Shown here in pieces: positions 17,061-26,589 of a stretch of DNA of 64,000 nt (position 1 is its first letter; each line of letters starts with the position of its first letter). The DNA is taken from the NCBI GenBank assembly GCA_963819655.1, contig CAWFXA010000003.1:480001-544000 (forward strand), given 5' to 3'. The stretch is from an uncultured Chloroflexia bacterium (GTDB taxonomy: Bacteria; Chloroflexota; Limnocylindria; Limnocylindrales; CSP1-4). The position numbers and the translations under genes were made by a program. Below the pieces are notes generated by a model. The model was not told where the DNA came from and did not search any database. It worked only from the letters and a program-made list of their open reading frames with translations.

Positions 17061-18035
17061 TTAGTGTTCGACCACCTTGGCGAGCTTGCCAGCCTGGTCG
17101 ATCCAGGCCGCGACCTCGGCCTCGCTCGGGACACGACGGACGATGCCCGGTCGTGCGGCGACGACCTCCTGGACCGTGGTCGCGAGGTTGGCTGGGTTCC
17201 GCTGGGCGAGCTCCGCGGGTGAGCCGACGCCAGCCGCCTGGAGCAGGTCGCTGTATTGCGGCCCGACGCCCGGGACCCGCATGAGATCGACGATGTCGAC
17301 CCACTCGAGGACGAGCTTGCTGCTGATGCCCGTGGCCTCCGCGAGCCTCTCGCGGTCATTGGGCTTCGCACCGGCCGCGAGCAGGTCGTCGGTCGTCGAG
17401 ATGCCGACCGCCGCGAGCCGCTCAGCTTGTGCGGGGCCGATCCCTTCGACATCCTCGATCCGCAGGTGATGCTCGCCGACCGACGCCGAGACGGGCTCCG
17501 GGGAGGCCGATTCTGGCGCCGTCGTCGTGGCCGCCGCGGCTGCGATCGGCGCTACTGACGCGATCGGCGCTGCTGACGCGATCGGCGCTGCTGCGGGCGG
17601 CGCTGCCGCTACAAACGCCCTGGGCTCCGCGGCCGGCGACGGCCGCTCACCGACCCCGAACGCCTCCTTGACCTCGCTCGTGCTCAGGTACCACAGGATG
17701 AACGCCGGCATGAGCGCGATCCCGAACGCGACGCCGGTGCCCGGGAACTGGAAGAAGGCCAGGACCGCCTCGAACAGCCCCAAGCCAGCTACGATCTGGG
17801 CGAAGAGACGCGCCCACGGCTGGAGCGCCCACAGTCCAACGGCAGCGAGGAGCCAGACGATCCCCGTGGCGACGGCGAGCCAACCCCAAAGCCCGACCTG
17901 CTCGAAGACAGGCAGATCGCCGAGTGCGCCAAACCAGTCGAAGCCGAGGACCCGCAGTCCGAAGAACAGGAATCCGAATCCCGCGAGTGCGGCGAAGAAG
18001 CCGATGACTGCGATGAGGACGGGTGGGTTCTTCAC
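17061..18035 (-). CDS. Membrane protein with C-terminal DUF4332 (HhH-like) domain
   Basis: About 4 N-terminal TM helices, Ala/Pro linker, IEDVEGIGP...DLMRVPGVGPQYSDLLQAAGV..VRRVPS...WI. Confidence 0.85.
   Translation of the reverse strand: MKNPPVLIAVIGFFAALAGFGFLFFGLRVLGFDWFGALGDLPVFEQVGLWGWLAVATGIVWLLAAVGLWALQPWARLFAQIVAGLGLFEAVLAFFQFPGTGVAFGIALMPAFILWYLSTSEVKEAFGVGERPSPAAEPRAFVAAAPPAAAPIASAAPIASVAPIAAAAATTTAPESASPEPVSASVGEHHLRIEDVEGIGPAQAERLAAVGISTTDDLLAAGAKPNDRERLAEATGISSKLVLEWVDIVDLMRVPGVGPQYSDLLQAAGVGSPAELAQRNPANLATTVQEVVAARPGIVRRVPSEAEVAAWIDQAGKLAKVVEH
17542..17595. repeat. 18-bp tandem repeat x3 in DUF4332 linker (APIASA)
   Basis: GCGATCGGCGCT(A/G)CTGAC repeated three times, last unit degenerate. 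Confidence 0.8.
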
Positions 18036-18059
18036 GGAGCGCCCCTCAATCCGATCGGG

Positions 18060-18500
18060 TCACGACGACGGTGGCTCCCGGAGCGGGGCCTGCCCCACAT
18101 GACTCGCCAACTCTAGCGCGCTGCCAGCCACTCCGCAGGACCGTCCGGCCTGCTCGCCAGCACGCCAGATCTGGCCCCGGACGTCGTCCATGACGTTCTC
18201 GAACCAGGCGAAGAACCTCTGGCAGCGCCTATATCGCAAATGGACGGTGGTGGACTTGTAGCCCTTCTCGGATAGGGCGATCTGCCACCGCTCGGTGTGG
18301 CGGCGTTCGATCGCCTTGGTGTCGGTGGGGAGGTTGTTGTCGACGAGGAATTGGGCGAGCGATGCGACGGCGCCAGCATAGGCGTATACGGTGTTGCCGC
18401 TGACGTTCTGGGCCTTCAGGTGATCGATGAACGCCCAGTAGTCGTCGGCCAGGTCGCCGGGTGTGACGACGCTGGGGAGTGTTGGTATAGTCGCCGCCAT
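18060..18500 (-). pseudogene. Truncated tyrosine recombinase/integrase (N-terminal SAM-like core-binding domain only)
   Basis: FIDHLKAQNVSGNTVYAY...LAQFL...YKSTTVHLRYRRCQRFFAWF; no catalytic R-H-R-Y domain follows; adjacent to tRNA. Confidence 0.8.
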
Positions 18501-18575
18501 CGGAAAGAGCCTCGGCTCAACAGCGCCGTGCTAGTCAACAGCAAAGCGTTCTAGGCTCTTCCCGAACACAAAACC

Positions 18576-18652
18576 GGGCGGCTAGCTCAGCTGGTTAGAG
18601 CACTTGCTTGACATGCAAGAGGTCACTGGTTCGAGTCCAGTGTCGCCCACCA
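18576..18652 (+). tRNA. tRNA-Val (GAC)
   Basis: Full cloverleaf: GGGCGGC/GTCGCCC acceptor, CTTGC-TTGACAT-GCAAG anticodon arm, TTCGAG T-loop, encoded CCA. Confidence 0.97.
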
Positions 18653-18664
18653 CATCCTCAAAGA

Positions 18665-18897
18665 GAGCATCGAGCGGGACGCGCCATCCGAGCCATCGAT
18701 CCCCAGAGAGCCGGGCCCCAGGCTGGAAGCCCGACGATCGAGCCGGAGTGGCACCACCCGCGAGCGATCGGTGAACCGATCCGGGAGTCGCCCGATAGCG
18801 CGGCCACGAGAGCGCTACGTCCCAGCGACGTAGCGAACGCGGGTGGAACCGCGGGAGGTCGAAACCTCTCGTCCTGCACGGACGAGAGGTTTTCTGA
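18665..18897 (+). promoter_or_regulatory. T-box riboswitch (Thr) upstream of thrS
   Basis: AGAGA and GCTGGAA stem I motifs, ACC specifier near 18753-18758, AACGCGGGTGGAACCGCG T-box, terminator AACCTCTCGTCC/GGACGAGAGGTT + T tract. Confidence 0.92.
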
Positions 18898-18913
18898 TTC
18901 CTGAGGAGTCGAC

Positions 18914-20755
18914 ATGACCGACGACGACAACATCGAAGTCGAAGAAGAGCCGATCGAGCTCGAGTCGCCCGAGCGCGGCAGCGCCACGGAGCTGATGGAC
19001 CACGGGGCGAGCGGGGAGCTCGGCCCGATGCGCCACAGCGCCGCGCACGTCCTCGCCGAGGCGGTCCTCGACCTGTTTCCTGGCACCCAGCTCGGGATCG
19101 GACCCGTCATCGAGGACGGCTTCTACTACGACTTCCTCCTGCCTCGACCGCTGACGCCGGACGACCTCCCGAACATCGAGGAGCGGATGCGCGAGTCGAT
19201 CGCAGCGGATCACCCGTTCGAGCTCAGCGAGGAGACACCGGAGGCGGCGCGGGCGGCCCTCGTCGAACGCGGCCAGCCGTTCAAGGTGGAGATCATCGAT
19301 GACCTGCTGGCCGCCTCGAAGCGCGACGGCACGCCGATGCCACCGACCACCTTCTATCGGCAAGGCCCGTTCATCGACCTGTGCCGCGGACCGCACGTCG
19401 AAAGCACCGGCAAGATCGGCCCGTTCAAACTGCTCGGGACCGCCGGTGCCTACTGGCGCGGCGACGAGAAGCGCCCGATGCTCCAACGCGTCTACGGCAC
19501 GGCCTGGGCGACCCAGGAGGACATCGACGCGTATCTCTGGCGCCGAGCCGAGGCGAAGAAGCGCGACCATCGCCGGCTCGGCGTCCAGCTCGACCTGTTC
19601 TCGTTCCACGACGTCTCGCCCGGGTCCGCGTTCTGGCACCCGAAGGGCCAGCGGATCTGGCGGACCCTCGAGGAGTCGATGCGCGAGCTGCAGGCGAGGC
19701 GCGGCTACCAGGAGGTCTCGACCCCGATCGTCGTGAGCGAGCGGCTGTGGCGTCAGTCGGGCCACTGGGAGCTGTACCGCGACAATATGTTCCTGATCGA
19801 ATCCGAGAACCAGACGTTCAGCCTCAAGCCGATGAACTGCCCGGAATCGACGTTCATCTACCGCTCGAAGCTGCGGTCGTATCGCGACCTGCCGTTGCGG
19901 TTCAGCGAGTTCGGGCGGCTTCATCGAAACGAGCGCTCCGGAACGCTGTCGGGGCTGACCCGGGTGCGCCAGTTCATCCAGGACGACGCTCACCTGTACG
20001 TCCGTCCGGACCAGTTGATGGACGAGATCCAGGCGCTCCTCGGCGAGGTCCGCGAGTCGTACGGCTGGTTCGGCCTGACGCCGCGGTTCGCGTTCGCGAC
20101 GAAACCCGACAAGGCCCTCGGCGATCCGGCGCTGTGGGAACGCGCCGAGCGGCTGATTACGGAGGCGTTCGCGGCAAGCGACATCACCTACGACCTGAAG
20201 CCCAAGGACGGCACGTTCTACGCGCCCAAGATCGACATCTACATCGACGACGCACTCGGTCGCGAGTGGCAGATGGCGACCATCCAAGTCGACCTGACGA
20301 TGCTACCCGAGCGGTTCGACCTGACGTACATCGACGAGGAGGGCAAGCCGCAGCGGCCGATCGCCATCCATCGTGCGATCTACGGCTCTCTCGAGCGGTT
20401 CATCGGGATCCTGATCGAGCACTTCGCGGGCGCCTTCCCGCTGTGGCTCGCGCCTGTGCAGGCTGTCGTCATCCCGATCGCGGATCGGCACGTCGAGGCC
20501 GCCGAGGAGCTGGCCGGTGTGCTGCGTGAGCGTGGGCTGCGGGTCGAGGTCGATGACTCGTCAAACCGGATGCAGTACAAGATCCGGACCGCGCAGGAAC
20601 AGAAGGTGCCGTACATGGTCGTGCTCGGCGACCGCGAGATCGAGGCGCGGACCGCCTCGCCGAGAACCAGGGCAGGGGAGCAGCAGGAACCTCAGGCGTG
20701 GGAGGCCTTCGCCGACCGGCTGGCAGAGGAGTCGCGCGCCCGGGCGATCGAGTAG
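18914..20755 (+). CDS. thrS: Threonine--tRNA ligase (no TGS domain)
   Basis: RHSAAH, DLCRGPH, GAYWRGD, RDHRRLG, LKPMNCP, HRAIYGSLERF. Confidence 0.97.
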   Translation: MTDDDNIEVEEEPIELESPERGSATELMDHGASGELGPMRHSAAHVLAEAVLDLFPGTQLGIGPVIEDGFYYDFLLPRPLTPDDLPNIEERMRESIAADHPFELSEETPEAARAALVERGQPFKVEIIDDLLAASKRDGTPMPPTTFYRQGPFIDLCRGPHVESTGKIGPFKLLGTAGAYWRGDEKRPMLQRVYGTAWATQEDIDAYLWRRAEAKKRDHRRLGVQLDLFSFHDVSPGSAFWHPKGQRIWRTLEESMRELQARRGYQEVSTPIVVSERLWRQSGHWELYRDNMFLIESENQTFSLKPMNCPESTFIYRSKLRSYRDLPLRFSEFGRLHRNERSGTLSGLTRVRQFIQDDAHLYVRPDQLMDEIQALLGEVRESYGWFGLTPRFAFATKPDKALGDPALWERAERLITEAFAASDITYDLKPKDGTFYAPKIDIYIDDALGREWQMATIQVDLTMLPERFDLTYIDEEGKPQRPIAIHRAIYGSLERFIGILIEHFAGAFPLWLAPVQAVVIPIADRHVEAAEELAGVLRERGLRVEVDDSSNRMQYKIRTAQEQKVPYMVVLGDREIEARTASPRTRAGEQQEPQAWEAFADRLAEESRARAIE

Positions 20756-20766
20756 GCCGGCTGGTC

Positions 20767-21384
20767 ATGCCCGATCGTCGCCTACTCGCGGTCGATGTCG
20801 CGATCAAGGTCGTGACGGTCGTCCTGTTGGCCTGGGCGGTCGGGAACCCGGATCTCCCCCAATTCAGCGGCAAGGCGTTCACCGGCCGCGCTCTGGCGTA
20901 CCCCATCGCGCTGCTCGTCCTGCCGGTCGGGTGGTCGTTGCTCGCGCGTGGGCGGCTCCCGTATCCCGTCGCCGCTGACATCCTCCTCGGGCTGCCATTC
21001 CTGATCGATGTCGCCGGGAACGCGCTGAACCTCTACGACACCGTCGAGTGGTGGGACGACGCGAACCACCTGGTCAACTGGGCGTTGCACACTGCGGCGA
21101 TCGGGTTGCTGCTGCGGGCCGGGCCATGGGGGCCGTGGACGCGCGCCGCCTTGGCGTTCGGCTGGGCGGCGAGCACGGCGGTGGTCTGGGAACTCGCCGA
21201 GTATGTTGCGTTCGTGCCGAACTCGCCGGAGGCCGCGACGGCGTACGCCGACACTCTCGGTGACCTGGCACTCGGGCTGCTAGGCGGCGGCATAGCAGCC
21301 ATCGTGGTGAGTCGCCTCCCGGGGCGCGGAGCGAAGCCGGGCTATGAGCCCGTTCCCGAGCGATCCACCGGCGAGTCCAGGTAG
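20767..21384 (+). CDS. Membrane protein (DUF2238/YjdF-like)
   Basis: Multiple TM segments with LYD...WWDDANH, WELAEY, DTLGDL motifs. Confidence 0.7.
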   Translation: MPDRRLLAVDVAIKVVTVVLLAWAVGNPDLPQFSGKAFTGRALAYPIALLVLPVGWSLLARGRLPYPVAADILLGLPFLIDVAGNALNLYDTVEWWDDANHLVNWALHTAAIGLLLRAGPWGPWTRAALAFGWAASTAVVWELAEYVAFVPNSPEAATAYADTLGDLALGLLGGGIAAIVVSRLPGRGAKPGYEPVPERSTGESR

Positions 21385-21415
21385 CCCGCGGCGCCGGCCC
21401 GCACCGCCCCGTTCG

Positions 21416-21445
21416 TTGTCGACCCCGGAAGGCCTGTGCTATCCT
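21416..21445 (+). promoter_or_regulatory. Putative infC promoter
   Basis: TTGTCG-18 nt-TATCCT with extended TG. Confidence 0.5.
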
Positions 21446-21516
21446 GCCCGCTCGTCCGGTGGGGGCCGTCTGCCCGTGCCGGTCGAGTCCATGTCCAGCA
21501 CCGCGAGGGGTGAACC

Positions 21517-22200
21517 ATCAGCCGAGACCTGCGTGTCAACCAGATGATCCGGATCCCACAGGTCCGGGTGGTCGATGAAGAGGGTGCCCAGCTGGGTGTC
21601 ATGCCCACGCCGCAGGCCCTCGAGATGGCGCAGGAACGGGGATACGACCTCGTTGAGGTCGCTCCGATGGCCCAGCCCCCGGTGGTCCGGTTCCTCGACT
21701 TCGGGCAGTACAAGTACGAGCTCACGAAGCGGGAGAAGGAAGCCAAGCGCAAGCAGCGCTCGGTGACCTTCAAGGAAGTCCGTCTGACGCCGAAGATCGG
21801 CGTGGGCGACTTCGATACCAAGGTCCACCGAGCGATCGAGTTCCTCGAGGATGGCGACCGGATCAAGGTCACGGTGCGCTTCCGGGGTCGGGAATTGACC
21901 CACCCGGAGATCGGCCGAAACCTCATCGCCAGGTTCGTGGAGCGAGTCAAGGATCACGGAGTCGCGGAACGAACGCCGCTGCTCGAGGGCAAGTCGATGC
22001 ACATCACGATGGCATCGATCCACAAGCCCAAAGGCCACGACGCACCGGACCGCAAGCACGCGCCGGATGTCATCCCGGCAGACGCGACGGCTGAGCCGCC
22101 GCCCGCGCCCGAATCTGAAACAGTCGTGGCTCAGCCGAAAGCCGTCGCCCCGCCCAAGGCGCCGGCACAGACGCCCGAGCCGGTCCAAGCAGGAGAGTGA
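21517..22200 (+). CDS. infC: Translation initiation factor IF-3 (ATC start)
   Basis: GAGGGG SD then ATC AGC CGA GAC CTG CGT GTC AAC; DLVEVAP, DFGQYKYE, VRFRGRE; Pro/Ala-rich tail. Confidence 0.95.
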   Translation: MSRDLRVNQMIRIPQVRVVDEEGAQLGVMPTPQALEMAQERGYDLVEVAPMAQPPVVRFLDFGQYKYELTKREKEAKRKQRSVTFKEVRLTPKIGVGDFDTKVHRAIEFLEDGDRIKVTVRFRGRELTHPEIGRNLIARFVERVKDHGVAERTPLLEGKSMHITMASIHKPKGHDAPDRKHAPDVIPADATAEPPPAPESETVVAQPKAVAPPKAPAQTPEPVQAGE

Positions 22201-22207
22201 GGCCACG

Positions 22208-22405
22208 GTGCCGAAGATCAAGAGCCACAAGACGGCCCAGAAGCGCATCGGCAGGACCGGTAGCGGCAAGTACATCCGGGTCAAGGCGTGGCGTGGCCAT
22301 CATCTCGAGATCAAGTCGTCGCGACGGACCCGGCGCTACGCCGGCAAGACCGTGATCAAGGCCGTCCACACCAAGCAGGTCCGGCGCCTGCTGCCGTACC
22401 TCTAG
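22208..22405 (+). CDS. rpmI: 50S ribosomal protein L35
   Basis: MPKIKSHKTAQKR...TGSGK...LLPY; between infC and rplT. Confidence 0.95.
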   Translation: MPKIKSHKTAQKRIGRTGSGKYIRVKAWRGHHLEIKSSRRTRRYAGKTVIKAVHTKQVRRLLPYL

Positions 22406-22420
22406 GAGCCACACCCCGTC

Positions 22421-22771
22421 ATGGCACGAGTCAAGCGCGGCGTCACCGCTCACAAGCGCCACAAGCGCCTGCTCAAGGCGGCCGAGGGCCGCAAGGGCAC
22501 CCGCTCGAAGCTGGTCAAGCCGGCTCGCGAAGCCCTGCTCCACGCGCTCGCCTACGCGACCCGTGACCGCAAGCAGCGGAAGCGCCAGATGCGCGAGCTG
22601 TGGATCGTCCGGATCAACGCGGCCGCCCGCCAGAACGGGCTGACCTACGGGCAGTTCATCAACGGCCTCAAGCGCGCCGATATCGAGATCGACCGCAAGA
22701 TCCTGGCCGACCTGGCCGTGCGCGACAGCGCGACGTTCGGTCGCATCGCCGAAGCAGCCAAGACCGCATAG
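22421..22771 (+). CDS. rplT: 50S ribosomal protein L20
   Basis: [32 protein letters not shown]. Confidence 0.97.
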   Translation: MARVKRGVTAHKRHKRLLKAAEGRKGTRSKLVKPAREALLHALAYATRDRKQRKRQMRELWIVRINAAARQNGLTYGQFINGLKRADIEIDRKILADLAVRDSATFGRIAEAAKTA

Positions 22772-22854
22772 CCTCGACTGGCTCGCGGGAGTCTCGCGAT
22801 CAGTCCTCCGAAGGCCGAGCGCGCACGTCGAAGCGCATCGGCCTGAGGAACGCC

Positions 22855-23895
22855 GTGGATCTCGCCGACCTGACCCGCGATCTGGAGGCCCTCCAGTCGG
22901 AGGCGCTGGCGTCCGTCGCCGCCGCGCCGGATGCCGCGACGCTCGATGCGCTCGAGCTCGAGATCCTCGGCAAGAAGGGCCGGCTCACGACCGTCCTGCG
23001 TGGGATCGGCGGTCTCGCGGCCGAGGACCGCCCCAAGGTCGGCGCGGTCGCCAACACGGTCCGCACGACCATCGAGGGCGCGCTGACCGAACGCGGCACC
23101 ACGCTCCGCGGATCGGAGCTGACCGCCCGACTTGCCGCTGAGGCGATCGACGTCACGACCCCCGGCCGCCCGATCCGGCGCGGCACGCTCCACCCCAGCA
23201 TCGAGGCCATGCGCGAGATCGCGCAGATCTTCGAGCAGTTCGGTTTCGTGACCTACGAAAGCCCGGAGATCGAGGACGACCTCACCAACTTCCAGATGCT
23301 CAACATCCCGCCCGACCACCCGGCCCGGGACCTGTGGGACACGTTGTACGTCGACGTCGAGGGGCGCTTGTTGCGGACCCACACGTCGCCCGGCCAGATC
23401 AGGGTGATGCAGACCGAGACGCCCCCGATCCGGGCGCTGCTCCCCGGTCGCTGCTTCCGGTACGAGGCCATCGACGCCAGCCACGGCTCGGAGTTCTTCC
23501 AGGTCGAAGGCCTGATGATCGATGAAGGCACGACGATGGCCGACCTCAAGGGTCTGCTCGACCAGTTCGCGAAGGCTATGTACGGCGCCGACAAGCGCAC
23601 CCGATTCCGACCGGGCTACTACCCGTTCACGGAGCCGTCCGTCGCGTTCGACGTCGAATGCCTTGTGTGCGGCGGCACGGGTTGCCCCGCCTGCGGCCGG
23701 ACCGGCTGGATGACGATCCTCGGCGCGGGCATGGTCCACCCTGTCGTGCTCCAGTACGGCGGCCTCGACCCCGAGCGCTACCAGGGCTTCGCCTTCGGCA
23801 TGGGCCCCGAGCGGATCAAGATGCTCAAGCACGGCATCACCGACCTCCGGCTCTTCCTCGAGAACGACCTTCGCTTCCTCGAGCAGTTCCGGTGA
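22855..23895 (+). CDS. pheS: Phenylalanine--tRNA ligase alpha subunit
   Basis: HPARD, LRTHTSPGQ, PFTEPS, CxxC..CxxC insert, GFAFGMG, NDLRFLEQF. Confidence 0.97.
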   Translation: MDLADLTRDLEALQSEALASVAAAPDAATLDALELEILGKKGRLTTVLRGIGGLAAEDRPKVGAVANTVRTTIEGALTERGTTLRGSELTARLAAEAIDVTTPGRPIRRGTLHPSIEAMREIAQIFEQFGFVTYESPEIEDDLTNFQMLNIPPDHPARDLWDTLYVDVEGRLLRTHTSPGQIRVMQTETPPIRALLPGRCFRYEAIDASHGSEFFQVEGLMIDEGTTMADLKGLLDQFAKAMYGADKRTRFRPGYYPFTEPSVAFDVECLVCGGTGCPACGRTGWMTILGAGMVHPVVLQYGGLDPERYQGFAFGMGPERIKMLKHGITDLRLFLENDLRFLEQFR

Positions 23896-23980
23896 GGGGA
23901 ACCTCCGACCGATGGCTCGCAGTCGCGTCGCCTCGGCCGTCGGTGCGTGATCGCCGGTACCCCATCGAGAGTGGCCAGTA

Positions 23981-26470
23981 ATGCGGGTACCTCTGTCATG
24001 GCTGCGCGACTACGTCGATATCCAGCTCACGCCGGAGCAGCTCGCCGAACGGCTGACGCTGCTCGGGATGGAAGTCAAGGGCATGGAGGCGTGGGGCGCC
24101 GACTGGCAGAACGTCGTCGTCGGCGAGCTGCTCAGCGTCGAGCGCCATCCGCGCGCCGACCGGCTGTCGCTCACGCGCGTCACGATCGGCGATGGAGAGC
24201 CGCTCGAGATCGTCTGCGGCGCCACGAACATCGCGGCCGGCCAGCGCGTCCCGGTCGCGCTGCCGGGCGCGGTGCTGCCCGGCGACCGGCGCATCGAGCG
24301 GACCGAGAAGATGGGCGTCGTCAGCAACGGGATGCTGTGCTCCGGCGACGAGCTGAACCTCACGTCCGACGCGGACGGCATCCTCATCCTGCCGCCCGAC
24401 GCACCGCTCGGTGTCGCGCTGGCGGACCTGTACGGCGACGTCGTGCTCGATGTCGACGTCAAGCCGAACCGCGGCGACGCGCTGAGCATGATCGGCCTGG
24501 CACGCGAGGTGTCGGCCGTGACCGGGGCGCCGGTCCGGTTCCCTGACACCGACCCGGTCGAGACCGGGCCACCCATCGAGGAGCGCCTGACGGTCGAGGT
24601 CGAGGAGCCGGCCCTGTGCACCCGTTTCGTCGGCCGCTGGGTGGGCGGCGTCACGGTGAGGCCGTCGCCGGATCTGGTCCAGATGCGGCTGCTCGCCGCC
24701 GGCCAGCGCCCGGTCAGCAACGTCGTCGACGTGAGCAACTACGTCATGTTCGAGCTCGGCAAGCCGATCCACACGTTCGACGCGACGGCCGTCCACGACG
24801 GACGGATCAGCGTGCGCCTGGCCCGCGAGGGCGAGCGCATCGAGACCCTCGACCACCAGGTCCGCGAGCTCAGCCCGGACACGCTGCTGATCGCCGACTC
24901 GGCCGGCCCGCTCGGCATCGCCGGGGTCATGGGCGCGGCGACCTCGGAGATCTCCGATGACACGACGGACGTCGTCGTCGAGTCGGCCATCTTCGACCCC
25001 ATCAGCATCAGGCGCACCGCCTTCCGTTACGCGCTCCGTTCGGAGGCGAGCCTGCGGTTCGAGAAGGGCCAGGAGCACCGGCTGGCGCGGCTCGGCGCGG
25101 ATCGCACGGCCCGTCTCATCAACGAATGGGCCGGTGGCCAGGTCGCGGTGGGCGCGGTCGACACGAACCCGACCGAACCGCTGCCGACACGCGTGGTGTT
25201 CCGACCCGCACGGGTGAACCGCCTGCTCGGCACGGAGATGACGGCACAGGAGCAGGCGGCCGTGCTGGCACGAGCGGGTGTAGCCACGGAACCCGCCCCG
25301 AGCGGTAGCCGCGTCCTCGTCGCGACCGCCCCCCAGCCCCTCGAGGTGGCCGCTGGCGAGGCGGAGGCAGCGATCGCAACGATCCCCACATGGCGGCGCG
25401 ACCTGGTCGTCGAGGCGGACATCGCAGAGGAAGTCGCGCGCGTCCAGGGCTACGACACGATCCCCGAACTCCTGCCGCACACGCCGATGCCGACGTACCG
25501 GCATTCGCCGCTGCGGCTGCGCGACGCGGTACGCGACACGCTGGCCGGGGCCGGGCTGTCGGAGGTCGCGACGTTCGCCCTGGTCTCCCCGGCGATGGTC
25601 GAGCGGTTCGGCCCGATCGAGGACATCGTCGTGGCGGGGGAGGGTGAAGCCGGCGGCCGGCCCGTGACCGTCACGAACCCCCTGTCGAGCCAGCACTCGG
25701 TCATGCGCCAGAGCCTGATCGGCAGCCTACTCGAGGTCATCGAGACCAACGTCCGCCAGGGCCGCCAGGACGTGGCGATCTTCGAGATCGGCAAGGGTTA
25801 CGGCGCGACCGAGGACGGCGATTCGACGCACGAATGGTGGCGCCTGGGCATCGCCCTCACCGGTGCCGCTGAGATCCCTGCCTGGAATCGCCCGGCTCGA
25901 CCGTATGACCTCGACGACGCGAAGGGCGTGATCGACCTCATCGCGGTGCGACTCGGGCTGCAGCCCACGGACTACGCGCCACTGACCGACGACACGCGGC
26001 TGCATCCCGGGCGCGCCACCCGCGTCCAGGCAGGCGACGGGCTCGCCGGTCATGTCGGGGAGCTGCACCCGGCCGACGTCGAGGCCCTCGATCTGCGGAC
26101 GTCCTCGCGCATCCTCGTCGCCGAGCTTGCCATCGCCGGGCTGTCCGGCGGCCAGCCGAGCGTGCCCAGGGCGACGAGCCTGCCGCGCTATCCGGCGGTC
26201 GAGCGGGACCTCGCGGTGATCGTTGCGGAGGACACCGCAGCGGCCCTCGTCGAGGCCGCCATCCGTCGCCACGCCGGCCCGCTGCTGCGCTCGGTCGACC
26301 TGTTCGACATCTACCGCGGCCGTCCGCTGGCGGAAGGTGAAAAGTCCCTCGCATACCGTCTCGCGTTCCAGGCAGACGACCGAACGCTGGTCGAATCCGA
26401 GGTCGACCACGCGCTGTCCACCGTCAGCGCGGGCCTTGCCGCGGACGTCGGAGGTCGCCTCAGGGCCTGA
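23981..26470 (+). CDS. pheT: Phenylalanine--tRNA ligase beta subunit
   Basis: MRVPLSWLRDY, IVCGA, PNRGD, RFEKG, DIAEEVAR, FDX-ACB C-terminus. Confidence 0.97.
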   Translation: MRVPLSWLRDYVDIQLTPEQLAERLTLLGMEVKGMEAWGADWQNVVVGELLSVERHPRADRLSLTRVTIGDGEPLEIVCGATNIAAGQRVPVALPGAVLPGDRRIERTEKMGVVSNGMLCSGDELNLTSDADGILILPPDAPLGVALADLYGDVVLDVDVKPNRGDALSMIGLAREVSAVTGAPVRFPDTDPVETGPPIEERLTVEVEEPALCTRFVGRWVGGVTVRPSPDLVQMRLLAAGQRPVSNVVDVSNYVMFELGKPIHTFDATAVHDGRISVRLAREGERIETLDHQVRELSPDTLLIADSAGPLGIAGVMGAATSEISDDTTDVVVESAIFDPISIRRTAFRYALRSEASLRFEKGQEHRLARLGADRTARLINEWAGGQVAVGAVDTNPTEPLPTRVVFRPARVNRLLGTEMTAQEQAAVLARAGVATEPAPSGSRVLVATAPQPLEVAAGEAEAAIATIPTWRRDLVVEADIAEEVARVQGYDTIPELLPHTPMPTYRHSPLRLRDAVRDTLAGAGLSEVATFALVSPAMVERFGPIEDIVVAGEGEAGGRPVTVTNPLSSQHSVMRQSLIGSLLEVIETNVRQGRQDVAIFEIGKGYGATEDGDSTHEWWRLGIALTGAAEIPAWNRPARPYDLDDAKGVIDLIAVRLGLQPTDYAPLTDDTRLHPGRATRVQAGDGLAGHVGELHPADVEALDLRTSSRILVAELAIAGLSGGQPSVPRATSLPRYPAVERDLAVIVAEDTAAALVEAAIRRHAGPLLRSVDLFDIYRGRPLAEGEKSLAYRLAFQADDRTLVESEVDHALSTVSAGLAADVGGRLRA

Positions 26471-26589
26471 CCCGAAAGTACCGGTCGGGGGGTGCATCGC
26501 GTTCCTTGCGACCCGCGAAGACCCGCTGCTACCCTTGCGCGGCTCCGGGTCGGATGACCCAGGCGGGCACCGTCACCCAGGGAGGTTCC

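Larger units (their letters stand above)
14446..18575. mobile_element. Degenerate integrative element / phage-related island in tRNA-Val(GAC)
   Basis: Flanked by 40-bp tRNA direct repeat; truncated tyrosine integrase next to the intact tRNA; capsid-like remnant; unrelated cargo genes. Confidence 0.85.

Noticed and set aside
18914-19030. ThrRS lacking the N-terminal TGS domain
   Set aside because: TGS-less ThrRS is common in several phyla; the editing and catalytic motifs are intact.
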